DNA from: Bacillota bacterium
GTDB taxonomy: Bacteria; Bacillota; Clostridia; Christensenellales; SZUA-584
Direction of reading: 5' to 3'
DNA length: 64,000 bases
Assembly: GCA_023391105.1 (NCBI GenBank)
Contig: JAEWBO010000023.1
Location: forward strand, 19,640-83,639
The notes under the pieces are model-generated. The model had not been told where the DNA came from. It saw only the letters and a list, made by a program, of their open reading frames with translations, and made no database searches. Both the position numbers and the translations under genes were made by a program. Shown one piece after another: positions 17,675 through 26,956 of the stretch (its first letter is position 1; each line of letters starts with the position of its first letter).

Positions 17675-18817
17675 TCAGAGACTCGAGGCGAGCTTATCAG
17701 CCATACTTTGCTTTCGAGTCACGTCCAAGTGTGAATAGATGTTTGCGGTAATTGTTATATCCGAGTGTCCAAGCCACTCCTGAACATCTTTCAGAGTGAA
17801 GCCCATATTAATCAAGATGCTAGCACAGCTATGGCGTAATTCATGAAAACGAATTTTTGGAAGTTTGTTTGCCTTGAGAAGCTTTTGAAACTTCTTGGTC
17901 ACAAAATCCGGAGAAAATGGATGGCCATCATCCCACTTGAGAATATAATCGTTCTTGGTATATTCTTTTCCGAATTCTTCTCTATTTTTCGCTTCATTCT
18001 TCTGTAGTTCAAGCAATAAAGACTGAATATCAGGCACAAGTGGAAAACTACGATAACTTGTTGCGTTTTTCGTTTTGTCCTTTTCTACTGCCTTTGTTAC
18101 TTTTGACACAGTATGCTTAATTGTGAGTGTCTTGGCAGAGAAATCAACACTATCCCATTTCAAACCAAGGGTTTCACTACGACGCAATCCGTAAACTACA
18201 GTCAACTTTATCAGTGGATACAGAGCATCATCTTTCACCGCTTCAAGTAATGCGTTAACTTGTTCAACACTGTAAAAGCTGGATTCGAAGCGGATCATTT
18301 GCGGCAACACGACCTGTTCACACGGATTGTTCGGAATCAGCCCATCCCGAACTGCATCTTTCAATGCTTGAAAAAGGATATTTTTATGCAATCGCAAGCT
18401 TCTCGGAGATAACCCCCCTTTGCCGTCTTTGCGGCCGTTGAGATGTTTTTCATCGATATAAGCCTGTAAAACCTTTCGGTTAATATCACTCAGCTTTATC
18501 CTCTTTGCATCAAAATACGGGAGTATGTGCGTATCCGCCAGACATTGATAACCTTGCATCGTTACAGCATCAACACGAACACTTGATGTTCTCAACCACT
18601 GCCTTACAATATCGCTAAAGATAGCATGGTTATCGGTATACCCTTCGAGTGATTCGTATTCTCTCAGCTTTTCACGCAACACCAGCTCTGCACGCTTTTT
18701 ATTGCCTTTTACAGCAAAGCCTGTCGATATCCATTTTAGCTTCCGCTTCCCTTCGTTGTTGTAAGTATTGATTACTACAAAGTACTTACCGTTTTTAATT
18801 TGTAGGCTGCCTGTCAT
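17675..18817 (-). CDS. int: tyrosine-type site-specific integrase
   Basis: The C-terminus HELRHSCASILI..LKDVQEWLGHSDITITANIYSH carries the R..HxxR..Y catalytic pattern. The start is trimmed to the ATG at 18817 behind an AAAGGAG RBS. Confidence 0.9.
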   Translation of the reverse strand: MTGSLQIKNGKYFVVINTYNNEGKRKLKWISTGFAVKGNKKRAELVLREKLREYESLEGYTDNHAIFSDIVRQWLRTSSVRVDAVTMQGYQCLADTHILPYFDAKRIKLSDINRKVLQAYIDEKHLNGRKDGKGGLSPRSLRLHKNILFQALKDAVRDGLIPNNPCEQVVLPQMIRFESSFYSVEQVNALLEAVKDDALYPLIKLTVVYGLRRSETLGLKWDSVDFSAKTLTIKHTVSKVTKAVEKDKTKNATSYRSFPLVPDIQSLLLELQKNEAKNREEFGKEYTKNDYILKWDDGHPFSPDFVTKKFQKLLKANKLPKIRFHELRHSCASILINMGFTLKDVQEWLGHSDITITANIYSHLDVTRKQSMADKLASSL

Positions 18818-18854
18818 ATCTTCTCCTTTCATCCGACAGTTAGATTGCCTACCA

Positions 18855-19046
18855 TTACACACTTTCAGTATAACGAATAGACTCTATAAAATCAATCAAA
18901 CAGACCTTTGGAATAAGTATCCTTCGGCCTATACGTCTGCTGCTGATAACCTTATTATTGATGAGTTCATAGGCTTTGTTCTTCCCGATTCCAAGGGCTT
19001 CAGCAACTTGATTTACTGTTAATACATCTGGGTATGCGGTAAACAC
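18855..19046 (-). CDS. xis: excisionase-family HTH DNA-binding protein
   Basis: 63 aa. LTVNQVAEALGIGKNKAYELINNKVISSRRIGRRILIPK is the MerR-like Xis HTH pattern. It lies immediately upstream of int. Confidence 0.8.
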   Translation of the reverse strand: MFTAYPDVLTVNQVAEALGIGKNKAYELINNKVISSRRIGRRILIPKVCLIDFIESIRYTESV

Positions 19047-19106
19047 GGCTCCACTCCTTCCGACCAGTATATACCATATCCTCGGAGTTAATATTTCTGC
19101 CCTTTT

Positions 19107-20066
19107 TCATAGCATTTTTATTCCGTTTATATATTCTTTTATCGTGTATTCGAGGCGTGTCCCGTCAGACATAAAGTGCATAACCTTATGTATTCGCCGA
19201 ATGAACGCTGCCCAAACGGCAGGTTGATTGATTTGCTCCCAAACATATTGCTCTAATAAATCCAGATTACTTACAATGTATACCATTTCATAGCACGCCT
19301 GTTTATTTTGATAGCGAGCAGGTAATGCCAAAGGATAGCCATCGAGGTAATTGTTCAGGTCTTGAATACGAAAGTTATTTGCATACTCATCAAGCAGTAA
19401 AACGCTCTCTCCCATATAACCATCAAAGGGGTGCTTATAATTATTTACAGCATAAACGTTTGAATATCCATAACCGTCCATCACAAAACGTGTTTTTCCC
19501 GTCTGCGTAGCTCCGAAAATATAAGTTACGTCCAAATTACGCCATTTGTCGCGGTTTTCCTCTGCTTTTAATGTCTGCCGAACATATTCAATATCACGCA
19601 AACCGCGTAAATAATGTGGAAAGTCAAGCAGTATTTCAGCATTGGTCGCACCGTCTTGGATGCGCTCAATTATAGCTGCTTCAATACTTCTAGAGCCTTG
19701 ACGTTCAACAGGCATTTGTCCCCATTCTTCAAAACTGCCCTCGATCGTGGTTTCTGCCTTGTCTGTGTCTTTCCACTTCCCGCTTTTATTAATATAATTT
19801 TGGTTAGCCTGTGATGTTCCGTTCGCACGTTCAAAATGTGCAGATTCAAAGAGATTTTTCAATGTGCTGAACCTAACAGGAGATAAGCAAACAAGGTATA
19901 TGTGTGTATGCGGCGTTTCTTCCTCACCGATTTCGTCAGCCATGCACCAATAAATTATTGAGTTTAATTTATTTAGTTCCTCTTTTATACGCTCATGGTT
20001 AAAACCTTTATCATCAGGATTGTTTATAGTTATTTGCCATTTCCTGCTTTGTGGGTTCTGTGCCAA
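19107..20066 (-). CDS. rep: HUH-endonuclease Rep with a C-terminal P-loop (SF3-like) NTPase, CRESS/pCRESS-like
   Basis: Motif I is KWQITINNP, motif II is PHTHIYLV and motif III is NYINKSGK (YxxK). Walker A is GATQTGKT, Walker B is VLLLDEY, and IVSN is a motif-C-like element. Confidence 0.8.
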   Translation of the reverse strand: MAQNPQSRKWQITINNPDDKGFNHERIKEELNKLNSIIYWCMADEIGEEETPHTHIYLVCLSPVRFSTLKNLFESAHFERANGTSQANQNYINKSGKWKDTDKAETTIEGSFEEWGQMPVERQGSRSIEAAIIERIQDGATNAEILLDFPHYLRGLRDIEYVRQTLKAEENRDKWRNLDVTYIFGATQTGKTRFVMDGYGYSNVYAVNNYKHPFDGYMGESVLLLDEYANNFRIQDLNNYLDGYPLALPARYQNKQACYEMVYIVSNLDLLEQYVWEQINQPAVWAAFIRRIHKVMHFMSDGTRLEYTIKEYINGIKML

Positions 20067-20167
20067 CGGGTATCACCTCGGTTCAACTGAATTTTGCGAC
20101 GGCGACAAAAGCGACAATGCCATGTAGCAGCCTAAATGCTTGATAAATGCTTGATTTTTGACGTATT

Positions 20168-20204
20168 GCGACAGATTGCGGTAATACTTGACGCAATCTG
20201 TCGC
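20168..20204 (-). promoter_or_regulatory. candidate origin (nick site) stem-loop for Rep
   Basis: Perfect 13-bp stem GCGACAGATTGCG/CGCAATCTGTCGC with an 11-nt loop. On the rep-coding strand the loop reads TCAAGTATTAC and so contains NAGTATTAC. An ATTGCG direct repeat lies within the stem arm. Confidence 0.65.
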
Positions 20205-20267
20205 CGCAAGCGGCGCACGGCAGGGGTGGCGGCTCTTGCCTTCGGCATCGCCTCCGCCCCTGCCGCG

Positions 20268-21563
20268 TTACTCCGCTTTTTGAGGCAGATAGTACGCCTG
20301 TACTTCATCGTCGCCGACCACAAATCTGCCTTTCATATTGGGTGGCAATCTTGTTGCTTTATCGTTTCCCAAAACAAGCTGACTTGCCGCCTCGTCCGCA
20401 AAGTACGCACACGCCCTCCATAAAAGGTTGTTTTTAACTTGGCCGTCCAGAATATCTGTTGAAGGGCGAATTATACCCATAAGGATATGTACCCCCGCAG
20501 CTCTTGAAAGGCGGGCTAATGTCCTCAAACTTTGGTCTATGCTTTCATATGCCTCCTTTTCTTCTTTGGTTTTAGGCTTCACATTTAATACCTCCGCCGC
20601 CTCGTCTATGACCAGCAGCCACGGGATAAATCGCAGCTTCCCTAATGTGTTGAATTCTTCAATATTGCTGACGCCCTCTTTTTTAAAGTGATCTAAGCGA
20701 TTACGTACCTCAATGAGTAAGCTTGTCAGAAACTTTTCAGCTTCCTTTGGCTCTGAAATGATATACGTACCAGACCCATCTTCGAGGTCTATATATTTTT
20801 GGCGCTCACGGTCTATTGCTGCGAAGTCTCCGCCTCCTTTGAAATCCAGTATTTGAACATTAAACCTTTTCTTTATCGCTTGGTATATTATGACGCGTAG
20901 TATGGCTGTCTTGCCTCCTCCTGTCGCTCCTGCCACTATGCCATGTGCAAGCGAGGCGGCGTCCCAAACGCATTTTCCTTGGTACCCCTGACCAATGACG
21001 AATTTTCTCCCGTCCATAATGAAGCTATCGTCCCACTCGATATAATTTGGCAAGTTTTCATCGATCACCAGAATATCTACTTTAGTGATGCTCTCCGGCA
21101 GGTTTATAATTTTAAGAATTCGTTTTTCGAAAAACACTTCCAAATCGGATACAATACGTTCCCATCTGTCATAAGGAATCTGGGACTTAAACCTTATTTT
21201 TTTAAGATAGCGATTAAGTATAGAAGTGTTTAAGTATTTTGGTATTTTCCCGTTATATGCCTTAAATTCTTTTCGCTCAAAAAACTTTTTAAGCTTGTGT
21301 CTTCTAATAACCTCTCCATGTCTTATAATGAGGAACAGCAACGACAACGGAATCCAAAGCCAGCCAAATAGCCACACCAAAACAGGTTCATAAGCCATAT
21401 ACGAAGACGCTATATGCGTCCCTATCCATAACACGCCGCTGCACGAAAGAAATATACCGACATTTTTCAAGGTGCTTGGTCTGCGGAACATTCCCTTGAT
21501 TGAAAAGCACAATGTTTTTACGATATAGATTACAGCAGAAAGAAGTTTCAGTAGAATAAACAT
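20268..21563 (-). CDS. FtsK/SpoIIIE-family DNA translocase (conjugative coupling/TcpA-like)
   Basis: N-terminal TM helices are followed by Walker A GATGGGKT and Walker B LLVIDEAAE. I prefer the ATG at 21563 (GAGGAAG RBS) to the GTG at 21578. Confidence 0.8.
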   Translation of the reverse strand: MFILLKLLSAVIYIVKTLCFSIKGMFRRPSTLKNVGIFLSCSGVLWIGTHIASSYMAYEPVLVWLFGWLWIPLSLLFLIIRHGEVIRRHKLKKFFERKEFKAYNGKIPKYLNTSILNRYLKKIRFKSQIPYDRWERIVSDLEVFFEKRILKIINLPESITKVDILVIDENLPNYIEWDDSFIMDGRKFVIGQGYQGKCVWDAASLAHGIVAGATGGGKTAILRVIIYQAIKKRFNVQILDFKGGGDFAAIDRERQKYIDLEDGSGTYIISEPKEAEKFLTSLLIEVRNRLDHFKKEGVSNIEEFNTLGKLRFIPWLLVIDEAAEVLNVKPKTKEEKEAYESIDQSLRTLARLSRAAGVHILMGIIRPSTDILDGQVKNNLLWRACAYFADEAASQLVLGNDKATRLPPNMKGRFVVGDDEVQAYYLPQKAE

Positions 21564-21639
21564 TTTAATCTTCCTCACTTGTTATATTTCTCGCGGCCTC
21601 CGCTCTGTTTAAGAGCGGAGGATAAGCGAGAAAGAGTTG

Positions 21640-21924
21640 TTACTTCGCTGCTTCTCTCTGAACAAACTGAACCAGATTAACATGATTGAATTTGTCGTAG
21701 AAGAAATTGGCTTCTTGCCCAACAAACGCAGCGAGCTCTTTTAAAGTCAATGGCTTTCCGAACATTTCCGCAATTATCGAGTATTTGATCTTAAAGCTTT
21801 CCGTTCTCAGCCCTGTAGATTTGTCGTTATTGAAGGGCTCGGTGCAATGCAAGACTATATTGTGATAATCGTTTCCTTGATAATTGCCTGACGAATCCGT
21901 GACTCCGATGATTTTCATTGACAT
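21640..21924 (-). CDS. hypothetical 94-aa protein heading the transfer module
   Basis: Strong AAAGGAGAGG RBS. Its position ahead of the FtsK-like gene mirrors the small DUF961-type genes of Tn916-like elements. That comparison is positional only, with no motif match. Confidence 0.4.
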   Translation of the reverse strand: MSMKIIGVTDSSGNYQGNDYHNIVLHCTEPFNNDKSTGLRTESFKIKYSIIAEMFGKPLTLKELAAFVGQEANFFYDKFNHVNLVQFVQREAAK

Positions 21925-22116
21925 AGAATCCTCTCCTTTCTATTTCGTTAGCGGTTCATGACGCCGCTTATTTGCGAATTCGCTGTGAACATAGTATAAA
22001 CGGAGCTTTTCTAACTGTGAACGTTTAGCAATTTCGACGGTGTACGATTCTTGTACACTATTTACGCTTGTTACAAATTATAAATTGTGGTTAAATAGGA
22101 AATGAGGTGAAAAAGT

Positions 22117-22881
22117 ATGACAATAAGCGAGAAAAACAAAGCTGATATGAATCGCCTTAAATCAATAATTAAAGAATTAGGTCAAACACAGATTGAATTT
22201 GCAGAGAACATAGGACGTGACGAGAAATACATCAGTAAAATTATTTCTGGTAAAAGGCCTATGACACAGGGCGTCGCCGAACAAATAAAGAAGAAATATG
22301 GTTATGAAATTGACTATATATTTGGTAAAACCGAAATTAGTAAGGACGCAGCAACGACCATTCTCGAAGATTTTCAAGGCATTTTTTCCGAGATCAGCGT
22401 GACTACACAAGGTTATATGAACGATAAGCGGGAAGAAGTCGAAAATAAATTTTTGACGTTATCAATGGATGAGTATCTATATCAATTCTTAATGGATTTT
22501 GACCACATTGAATTTCGCAAAGAAAACCATGATATAGACAATAAAGCATACGATACTGAACTTGAACTTGCCAAAAAGGACTATCTAAATAGAAAAGGTA
22601 CAGGTGAAGTGCGGCAATACATTTTAATCCCAACCATAGAAATGCCATATATTGTGGCAACAGATAGACAGCATAAAAAAGCATGGGGCGAGGTCCAAAA
22701 AGTTTTGGATTGGGATTATCAAGTCAATTCGTCACCTGTTAATATGTTTAAATTAGCGAGGTCGCTTGATGAGCAGCCCACAGCTACACGATCAAGAGAA
22801 GAAATCGAAGAAAATCAATCACACATAAACAAAAATCAAAAGCCGCCTATTTCTTCACAAGGAGAACAACCCAATGAATAG
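22117..22881 (+). CDS. XRE-family HTH protein with an uncharacterised ~180-aa C-terminal region
   Basis: N-terminal LKSIIKELGQTQIEFAENIGRDEKYISKIISGKRPMT is an HTH_3 pattern. Its stop overlaps the next gene start by 8 nt. Confidence 0.75.
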   Translation: MTISEKNKADMNRLKSIIKELGQTQIEFAENIGRDEKYISKIISGKRPMTQGVAEQIKKKYGYEIDYIFGKTEISKDAATTILEDFQGIFSEISVTTQGYMNDKREEVENKFLTLSMDEYLYQFLMDFDHIEFRKENHDIDNKAYDTELELAKKDYLNRKGTGEVRQYILIPTIEMPYIVATDRQHKKAWGEVQKVLDWDYQVNSSPVNMFKLARSLDEQPTATRSREEIEENQSHINKNQKPPISSQGEQPNE

Positions 22882-25270
22882 AGAGTTAGTTCAAACCTAT
22901 ATCAATTCACAGCCGATAAAAGCAGTAGTTGAATTTGATATTGTAAAGGAAAAGGTTAAATACGCAGATCAAATTAAACAGCACCGTATTATAAATAAGC
23001 TAAACGGTGATGAGGAATGTGTACGTGCATACATACTTACAAAGCTTGCGAATGAATACGGATATGACTTATCACGCATAGAAATTGAAAGAGAATATAC
23101 AGCAGGTCGCCCGCACACTCAAACGAGCCGAATTGATGTTTTAGTGAGAGATAAAACTGGTAATGCCTTTTTATTTATTGAACTTAAATCCCCTGATGAT
23201 TACGCCAAAGAAGATAAAGATAAATTAATTGAAGAACAGCTTTTCAAAGTCGCGGGTAATGAAGAAAAAGAGGGCGGCAAAGTTAAGTATTTGGTTCTAT
23301 ATACGGCAAACGAACAGGGCGACACCCTAACCGATGAATGTATTGTTGTTGATAACGAAAAACACAAAAATTTTAATACTTGGGTTGAAAATGACCGTGA
23401 AAGCGTTAACACAATCCCCGCACGTTATGGCAAAGCTCAACGCACTCCGTATATTAAGGCTTCACAAAAGGATTTAAAAAAGAATTTTACTCATGATACA
23501 TTAGATCGCTTGCGTATTGATTTACATAATGTCCTTTGGGGTGGCGGCGGGACTGATGACAACGAGGTTTTTTCTTCTTTAACAAATTTAATACTTTCAA
23601 AGATTCAAGATGAAAGCGAAAAGCAAGATGGAGAAAAATACGATTTTCAATCCTTTGCGTTTGAAAAGGACGGCGATGAACAGTTTGAAACAAATGAACA
23701 GCTATTCGACAGAATAAATGCGCTTTATCGCCGTGCCTTAAAACAAAAGTTAAATATTATTGATGATAACGAACTAAAGAAATCCTATGTAATCGACACT
23801 AAAAAATTCTCGCTTGCAAAATTAAAATATACCGTCCAAAGTTTAGAGAGCATTTCATTTGTTGATGGTAAAAATAGTTTTAGCGGTAAAGATATTTTGG
23901 GCGATTTCTTCGAAGGGATTATTAGGGGCGGATTCAAACAGAGCAAAGGGCAATTTTTTACGCATATAAACATTGTCCGCTTTATGTTGTGGGCAATACA
24001 AGCCGACAAATTAGCAATAGACAGGATTAACAAAGATGTCGTTATCCCTTATATGATAGACCCCTCGACAGGAAGCGGAACATTTTTAATCGAGTATATG
24101 AAATTCATAACAAAAAATATCAAGTATCGTTTTAGGGATAAGCTCAACACTTCAAGAGATGTTGAGGACAAAATGTCTGAATGGTTTATGCCCGACCACC
24201 GTGAGAATCGTTGGGCGGGGAAATATATTTACGGCTCTGAAATCAACTTCAATTTAGGCACTGCAACAAAAGTAAATATGATTTTGCACGGCGACGGTTC
24301 AACAAATATTTTTGTTAAGGACGGCTTGTTACCTTTTAGCCATTATGTGAAAGCTGCTGAACCTAATGCGTTAAAGGCTTTTGAAAAGGACAGCCTTTAT
24401 CTAGATAAGAATGTAAATGGAGCTTTTGACTTAATACTAACCAATCCGCCATTCAGTGTAGAACTTGATAATGATACCAAAAAAAGCGTAACAAAAGATT
24501 TTATGTTCGGTGATAAAAAGAATTCTGAAAATCTATTTATTGAGCGTTGGTATCAACTTTTACGTGAAAATGGGCGGTTAGCTGCTGTCTTACCCGAAAG
24601 TGTTTTTGACACAACCGAAAACAAATATATTCGCCTTTTCTTATACAAGTATTTTAAAATCAAAGCGGTTGTATCTCTGCCACAGATTGCTTTTCAACCT
24701 TTCACGCCTACAAAGACGAGCATATTATTTGCCCAAAAGAAGACAAAAACTGAAATTGATAAATGGAATAAAGCGTGGGCGGAAGCAAGCAATGAATATT
24801 CAAAGCTGAAAACGCGAATTGAAAATTTAATTGCTGTATATGCAGAAAATAAGACCAGAAATAAATATCCCTCTATCAAGGACCTGAGTGAAACCGCAGA
24901 ATTAGAGTTGTTACATAAAATACTGAAAAATCATATTACAGAGCAAGATAACGCCTTAACTCCTGCACAGATTATTGAAAAGTATTTTGATGAACTACAA
25001 TATTTATGTAAACTCGATAAAGATACAAAAGATATTTTTGGGTTCGTGAATATTTGGTGGGTTTTTGGCGAGGTTGCAAAAACGCTTAATTATGATGTGT
25101 TTATGGCCGAAGCAGATAATATAGGCTATAAACGCACAACTCGCGGTGAACGACCAATGCCCAATGATTTATTTAGAACGATACAAGGCGAAATAGCCGT
25201 TGATGACGGTATTAAAGAAACTGTTTTAGATTATATGCGTGAAATTTCGTGGGATAAGGAGGAAATGTAG
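22874..25270 (+). CDS. fused PD-(D/E)xK (HsdR_N-type) nuclease-like domain plus gamma-class N6-adenine DNA methyltransferase
   Basis: The N-terminal ECVRAYILTKL..RIDVLVRDKTGNAFLFIELK gives D88/E103/K105. The SAM motif is DPSTGSGTFL and the catalytic motif is LTNPPFSV. Length is 798 aa. Confidence 0.75.
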   Translation: MNRELVQTYINSQPIKAVVEFDIVKEKVKYADQIKQHRIINKLNGDEECVRAYILTKLANEYGYDLSRIEIEREYTAGRPHTQTSRIDVLVRDKTGNAFLFIELKSPDDYAKEDKDKLIEEQLFKVAGNEEKEGGKVKYLVLYTANEQGDTLTDECIVVDNEKHKNFNTWVENDRESVNTIPARYGKAQRTPYIKASQKDLKKNFTHDTLDRLRIDLHNVLWGGGGTDDNEVFSSLTNLILSKIQDESEKQDGEKYDFQSFAFEKDGDEQFETNEQLFDRINALYRRALKQKLNIIDDNELKKSYVIDTKKFSLAKLKYTVQSLESISFVDGKNSFSGKDILGDFFEGIIRGGFKQSKGQFFTHINIVRFMLWAIQADKLAIDRINKDVVIPYMIDPSTGSGTFLIEYMKFITKNIKYRFRDKLNTSRDVEDKMSEWFMPDHRENRWAGKYIYGSEINFNLGTATKVNMILHGDGSTNIFVKDGLLPFSHYVKAAEPNALKAFEKDSLYLDKNVNGAFDLILTNPPFSVELDNDTKKSVTKDFMFGDKKNSENLFIERWYQLLRENGRLAAVLPESVFDTTENKYIRLFLYKYFKIKAVVSLPQIAFQPFTPTKTSILFAQKKTKTEIDKWNKAWAEASNEYSKLKTRIENLIAVYAENKTRNKYPSIKDLSETAELELLHKILKNHITEQDNALTPAQIIEKYFDELQYLCKLDKDTKDIFGFVNIWWVFGEVAKTLNYDVFMAEADNIGYKRTTRGERPMPNDLFRTIQGEIAVDDGIKETVLDYMREISWDKEEM

Positions 25271-26679
25271 TGCCTCTTAAAGCTTTCAATTCAAACATAA
25301 TTTATTTCTCTAAAGAAAGATTGCTTAGATGTAATTACAAAACTCTCTCTTTATCCAAAGAATTAGAGACTATAATCAACCACAAATCGAAACACGAAAG
25401 AATAAAAGACTACTTTGATATTTTAAGCGGATTTGCATTTAAAAGCGAGGATTATGTCTTAGAGGGGGTATCCTTAGTCAGAATTGGAGATTTAAATGAA
25501 GAATTTAATATAGAGGATATGGCTAAATTGCCCGAAGAATTCTTAGATCAATATTCCCAGTATGTGTTAGAACAAGACGATATTTTAGTTTCCTTAACAG
25601 GTGATGGCGTCATAAAAACAGCTTTGGTGAATCAAAACGGATTGTTGCTAAATCAACGTGTTGGAGCATTGAGAGCTAAAAGAGAAGTAAATATTAGATT
25701 TATTCACTATCTGTTGTCAACTTCAATAGTAAAAAAGCAGTTTTTATGGTTATCAAATGGGAAAGCCCAATTAAATATCAGCCCGTTAGACTTTCTAAGT
25801 ATAAAAATACCAATTATTGACGTAAATAAACAGGAAAGAGCTCTTATTGAAACCAGTCCTATCGAACAAAAAATCAAAAGCTTAAAATCTAAGATTTTAC
25901 CTTCTCAAAAGGTTATTGATGAAGTATTCGCACGTGAATTTGGATTTGATTATGCCGAATTTGAACGGCTACACGGAATAAAATCATATATGATCGGCAT
26001 TGATTCTTTTTCAAACAACCCCGATTTACGGTTTAGTGCTAAATTTCACCGTGAAGCAGGGGAATATGTAATGCATGAATTATGCTGTATAACTAATAAG
26101 AAAATCAAGAATTATTTAGTCGAGCCAATATGTCTGGGTGCAAGCATATCACCAAAGGATTATGATGATAACGGCGAATATTATTATTTGTCAATGGCAA
26201 CGATTAAGAATTGGGGATTTGATAAAGAAAATGCAACCCTAACATCAAATGAATATTCTAACGAGAAAACTAATAAATACGTTAAGAACGGTGATATAAT
26301 ACTTGCTCGTTCAGGTGAGGGAACCATTGGGAAAGTCGCTTTGATTCAAGATGAGGACATTAAAGCCATTTTTGCGGACTTTACAATGCGAATACGCCTA
26401 AATAATTACAACCATAGATTTGCTTATTACTATATGAGGACTACGTATTTTCAATATCTTGTTGAAATTTTCAAAAAGGGGTTAGGAAATAACACAAATA
26501 TATTTCCGATAGTAATTCAAGAGTTTCCTATCCCCGATATATCATCCAAAGAACAGGATCGCATTGTGAAAGAAATTCAAGAAGAAATCAATAAGCAGAA
26601 CGCTATAAAATCAGAAATTTCTTCGTTGCGGGAACAAATTAACGAGATAATCGAAAGCGTATTAATGTCAAAAAAATAG
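25270..26679 (+). CDS. hsdS: restriction-modification specificity subunit (HsdS-like, two TRDs)
   Basis: GTG start overlapping the upstream stop (taGTG), behind an AAGGAGG RBS. The protein shows a duplicated architecture, with conserved helical spacers (IKSLKSKILPSQKVIDEVFAREFG and the C-terminal EEINKQNAIKSEISSLREQINEII). Confidence 0.8.
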   Translation: MPLKAFNSNIIYFSKERLLRCNYKTLSLSKELETIINHKSKHERIKDYFDILSGFAFKSEDYVLEGVSLVRIGDLNEEFNIEDMAKLPEEFLDQYSQYVLEQDDILVSLTGDGVIKTALVNQNGLLLNQRVGALRAKREVNIRFIHYLLSTSIVKKQFLWLSNGKAQLNISPLDFLSIKIPIIDVNKQERALIETSPIEQKIKSLKSKILPSQKVIDEVFAREFGFDYAEFERLHGIKSYMIGIDSFSNNPDLRFSAKFHREAGEYVMHELCCITNKKIKNYLVEPICLGASISPKDYDDNGEYYYLSMATIKNWGFDKENATLTSNEYSNEKTNKYVKNGDIILARSGEGTIGKVALIQDEDIKAIFADFTMRIRLNNYNHRFAYYYMRTTYFQYLVEIFKKGLGNNTNIFPIVIQEFPIPDISSKEQDRIVKEIQEEINKQNAIKSEISSLREQINEIIESVLMSKK

Positions 26680-26910
26680 GCATTAAAATGTATTTTCTTA
26701 TCGGTATACAACAACGGCGAGTTATTTCTATCCGACTTTTACTTATGATTGGTAATGCTATAATGCCGACTACTATACTGGGCGAATTACACCACCATTA
26801 ACTATCTAACAGGGAAAGAACGATAGTGTTCACACACGCATTCAATTACGCCGTAACGTAATCTTATGTATGCTCGAACATGCAAATATGAACAATGAAC
26901 TAATTTAAAG

Positions 26911-26948
26911 AATAATAGGGAGAACATATAATTGATCTCCCTATTATT
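26911..26948. terminator. hairpin terminator downstream of the 217-aa gene
   Basis: AATAATAGGGAGA-12 nt-TCTCCCTATTATT, flanked by A/T runs, 9 nt past the minus-strand stop at 26957. Confidence 0.7.
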
Positions 26949-26956
26949 TAGTATAA

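Noticed and set aside
20132-20423. 63-aa and 95-aa ORFs in the GC-rich patch between rep and ftsK
   Set aside because: They overlap each other, the origin-like hairpin and the ftsK 3' end. They have no RBS and an Ala/Arg-rich composition driven by the local GC spike. The patch is better explained as cis-acting DNA.
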